Positions 63,613 to 64,000 of a DNA stretch of 64,000 nt are shown here, piece after piece. The translations under genes were made by a program, and so were the position numbers. This stretch comes from Negaprion brevirostris. Lineage: Eukaryota. The number at the start of each line of letters is the position of its first letter. Within the stretch, counting starts at the first letter, position 1. Location: positions 106,857,389 to 106,921,388 of the forward strand of contig JARDVH010000001.1 in NCBI GenBank assembly GCA_030324005.1. The letters are read 5' to 3'. Under the pieces are notes generated by a model. That model was not told the origin of the DNA, did no database searches, and saw only the letters and a list, made by a program, of their open reading frames with translations.

Positions 63613-64000
63613 ATCCTGTTAAGTCCCATGTACTCATCCAGAAGTCTCCTAAAAGACCCTATCGAATTTGCCGCCACCACCACCGGCAGCCGATTCCACT
63701 CACCCACCACCCTCTGAGTGAAGAACTTACCCCTGACACCTCCTCTGCACCTACGCCCCAGCACCTTAAAACTGTGTCCTCTTGTGGCAGCTATTTCAGC
63801 CCTGGGAAAAAACCTCTGAGAATCCACCTGATCAATACCTCTCATCATCTTATACACTTCTATCAGGTCCTCTCTCATCCTTCATCTCTCCAAGGAGAAA
63901 ACACTGAACTCTCTCAACCTATTTTCATGAGGCATGCCACCCAATCCAGGCAACATCCTTCTAAATCTCGTCTGCACCCTTTCAATGGCTCCCATATCCT
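63613..64000 (-). mobile_element. Relatively young CR1 LINE 3' fragment
   Basis: REDLIEVYKMMRGIDQVDSQRFFP...TRGHSFKVLG...GKFFTQRVVGEWNRLP, in an open frame. Confidence 0.9.

Noticed and set aside
1-64000. CRISPR arrays, operons or other prokaryotic systems
   Set aside because: The window is spliced vertebrate DNA, and no regularly spaced repeat-spacer array or bacterial-type gene was seen.

Overview
This is eukaryotic (vertebrate) genomic DNA from a gapped draft assembly. It is almost certainly a shark or other elasmobranch, inferred from HE1/V-SINE-type SINEs, CR1 LINEs and shark-type C2H2 zinc-finger sequence. Two host genes lie on the + strand in the same order as in human: the last coding exon and 3'UTR of NDNF (2-346), then the promoter and coding exons 1-7 of PRDM5 (9693-63080; the gene runs on past the window). 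The rest is intergenic or intronic DNA full of mobile-element fossils. Four things stand out. (1) Three families of Penelope-like elements have termini carrying minimal type-I hammerhead ribozyme motifs; several are TSD-flanked fold-back insertions, down to a ~235-bp palindrome and a 90-bp ribozyme-only insert, and one captured an inverted copy of neighbouring DNA. (2) An antisense retrovirus-like pro-pol fossil lies in PRDM5 intron 5. (3) There are Harbinger, Tigger and Vingi-like remnants. (4) A zinc-finger gene fragment is joined to a CR1 3' end. Family assignments come from motifs recognised by eye, no searches were run, and repeat boundaries are approximate.
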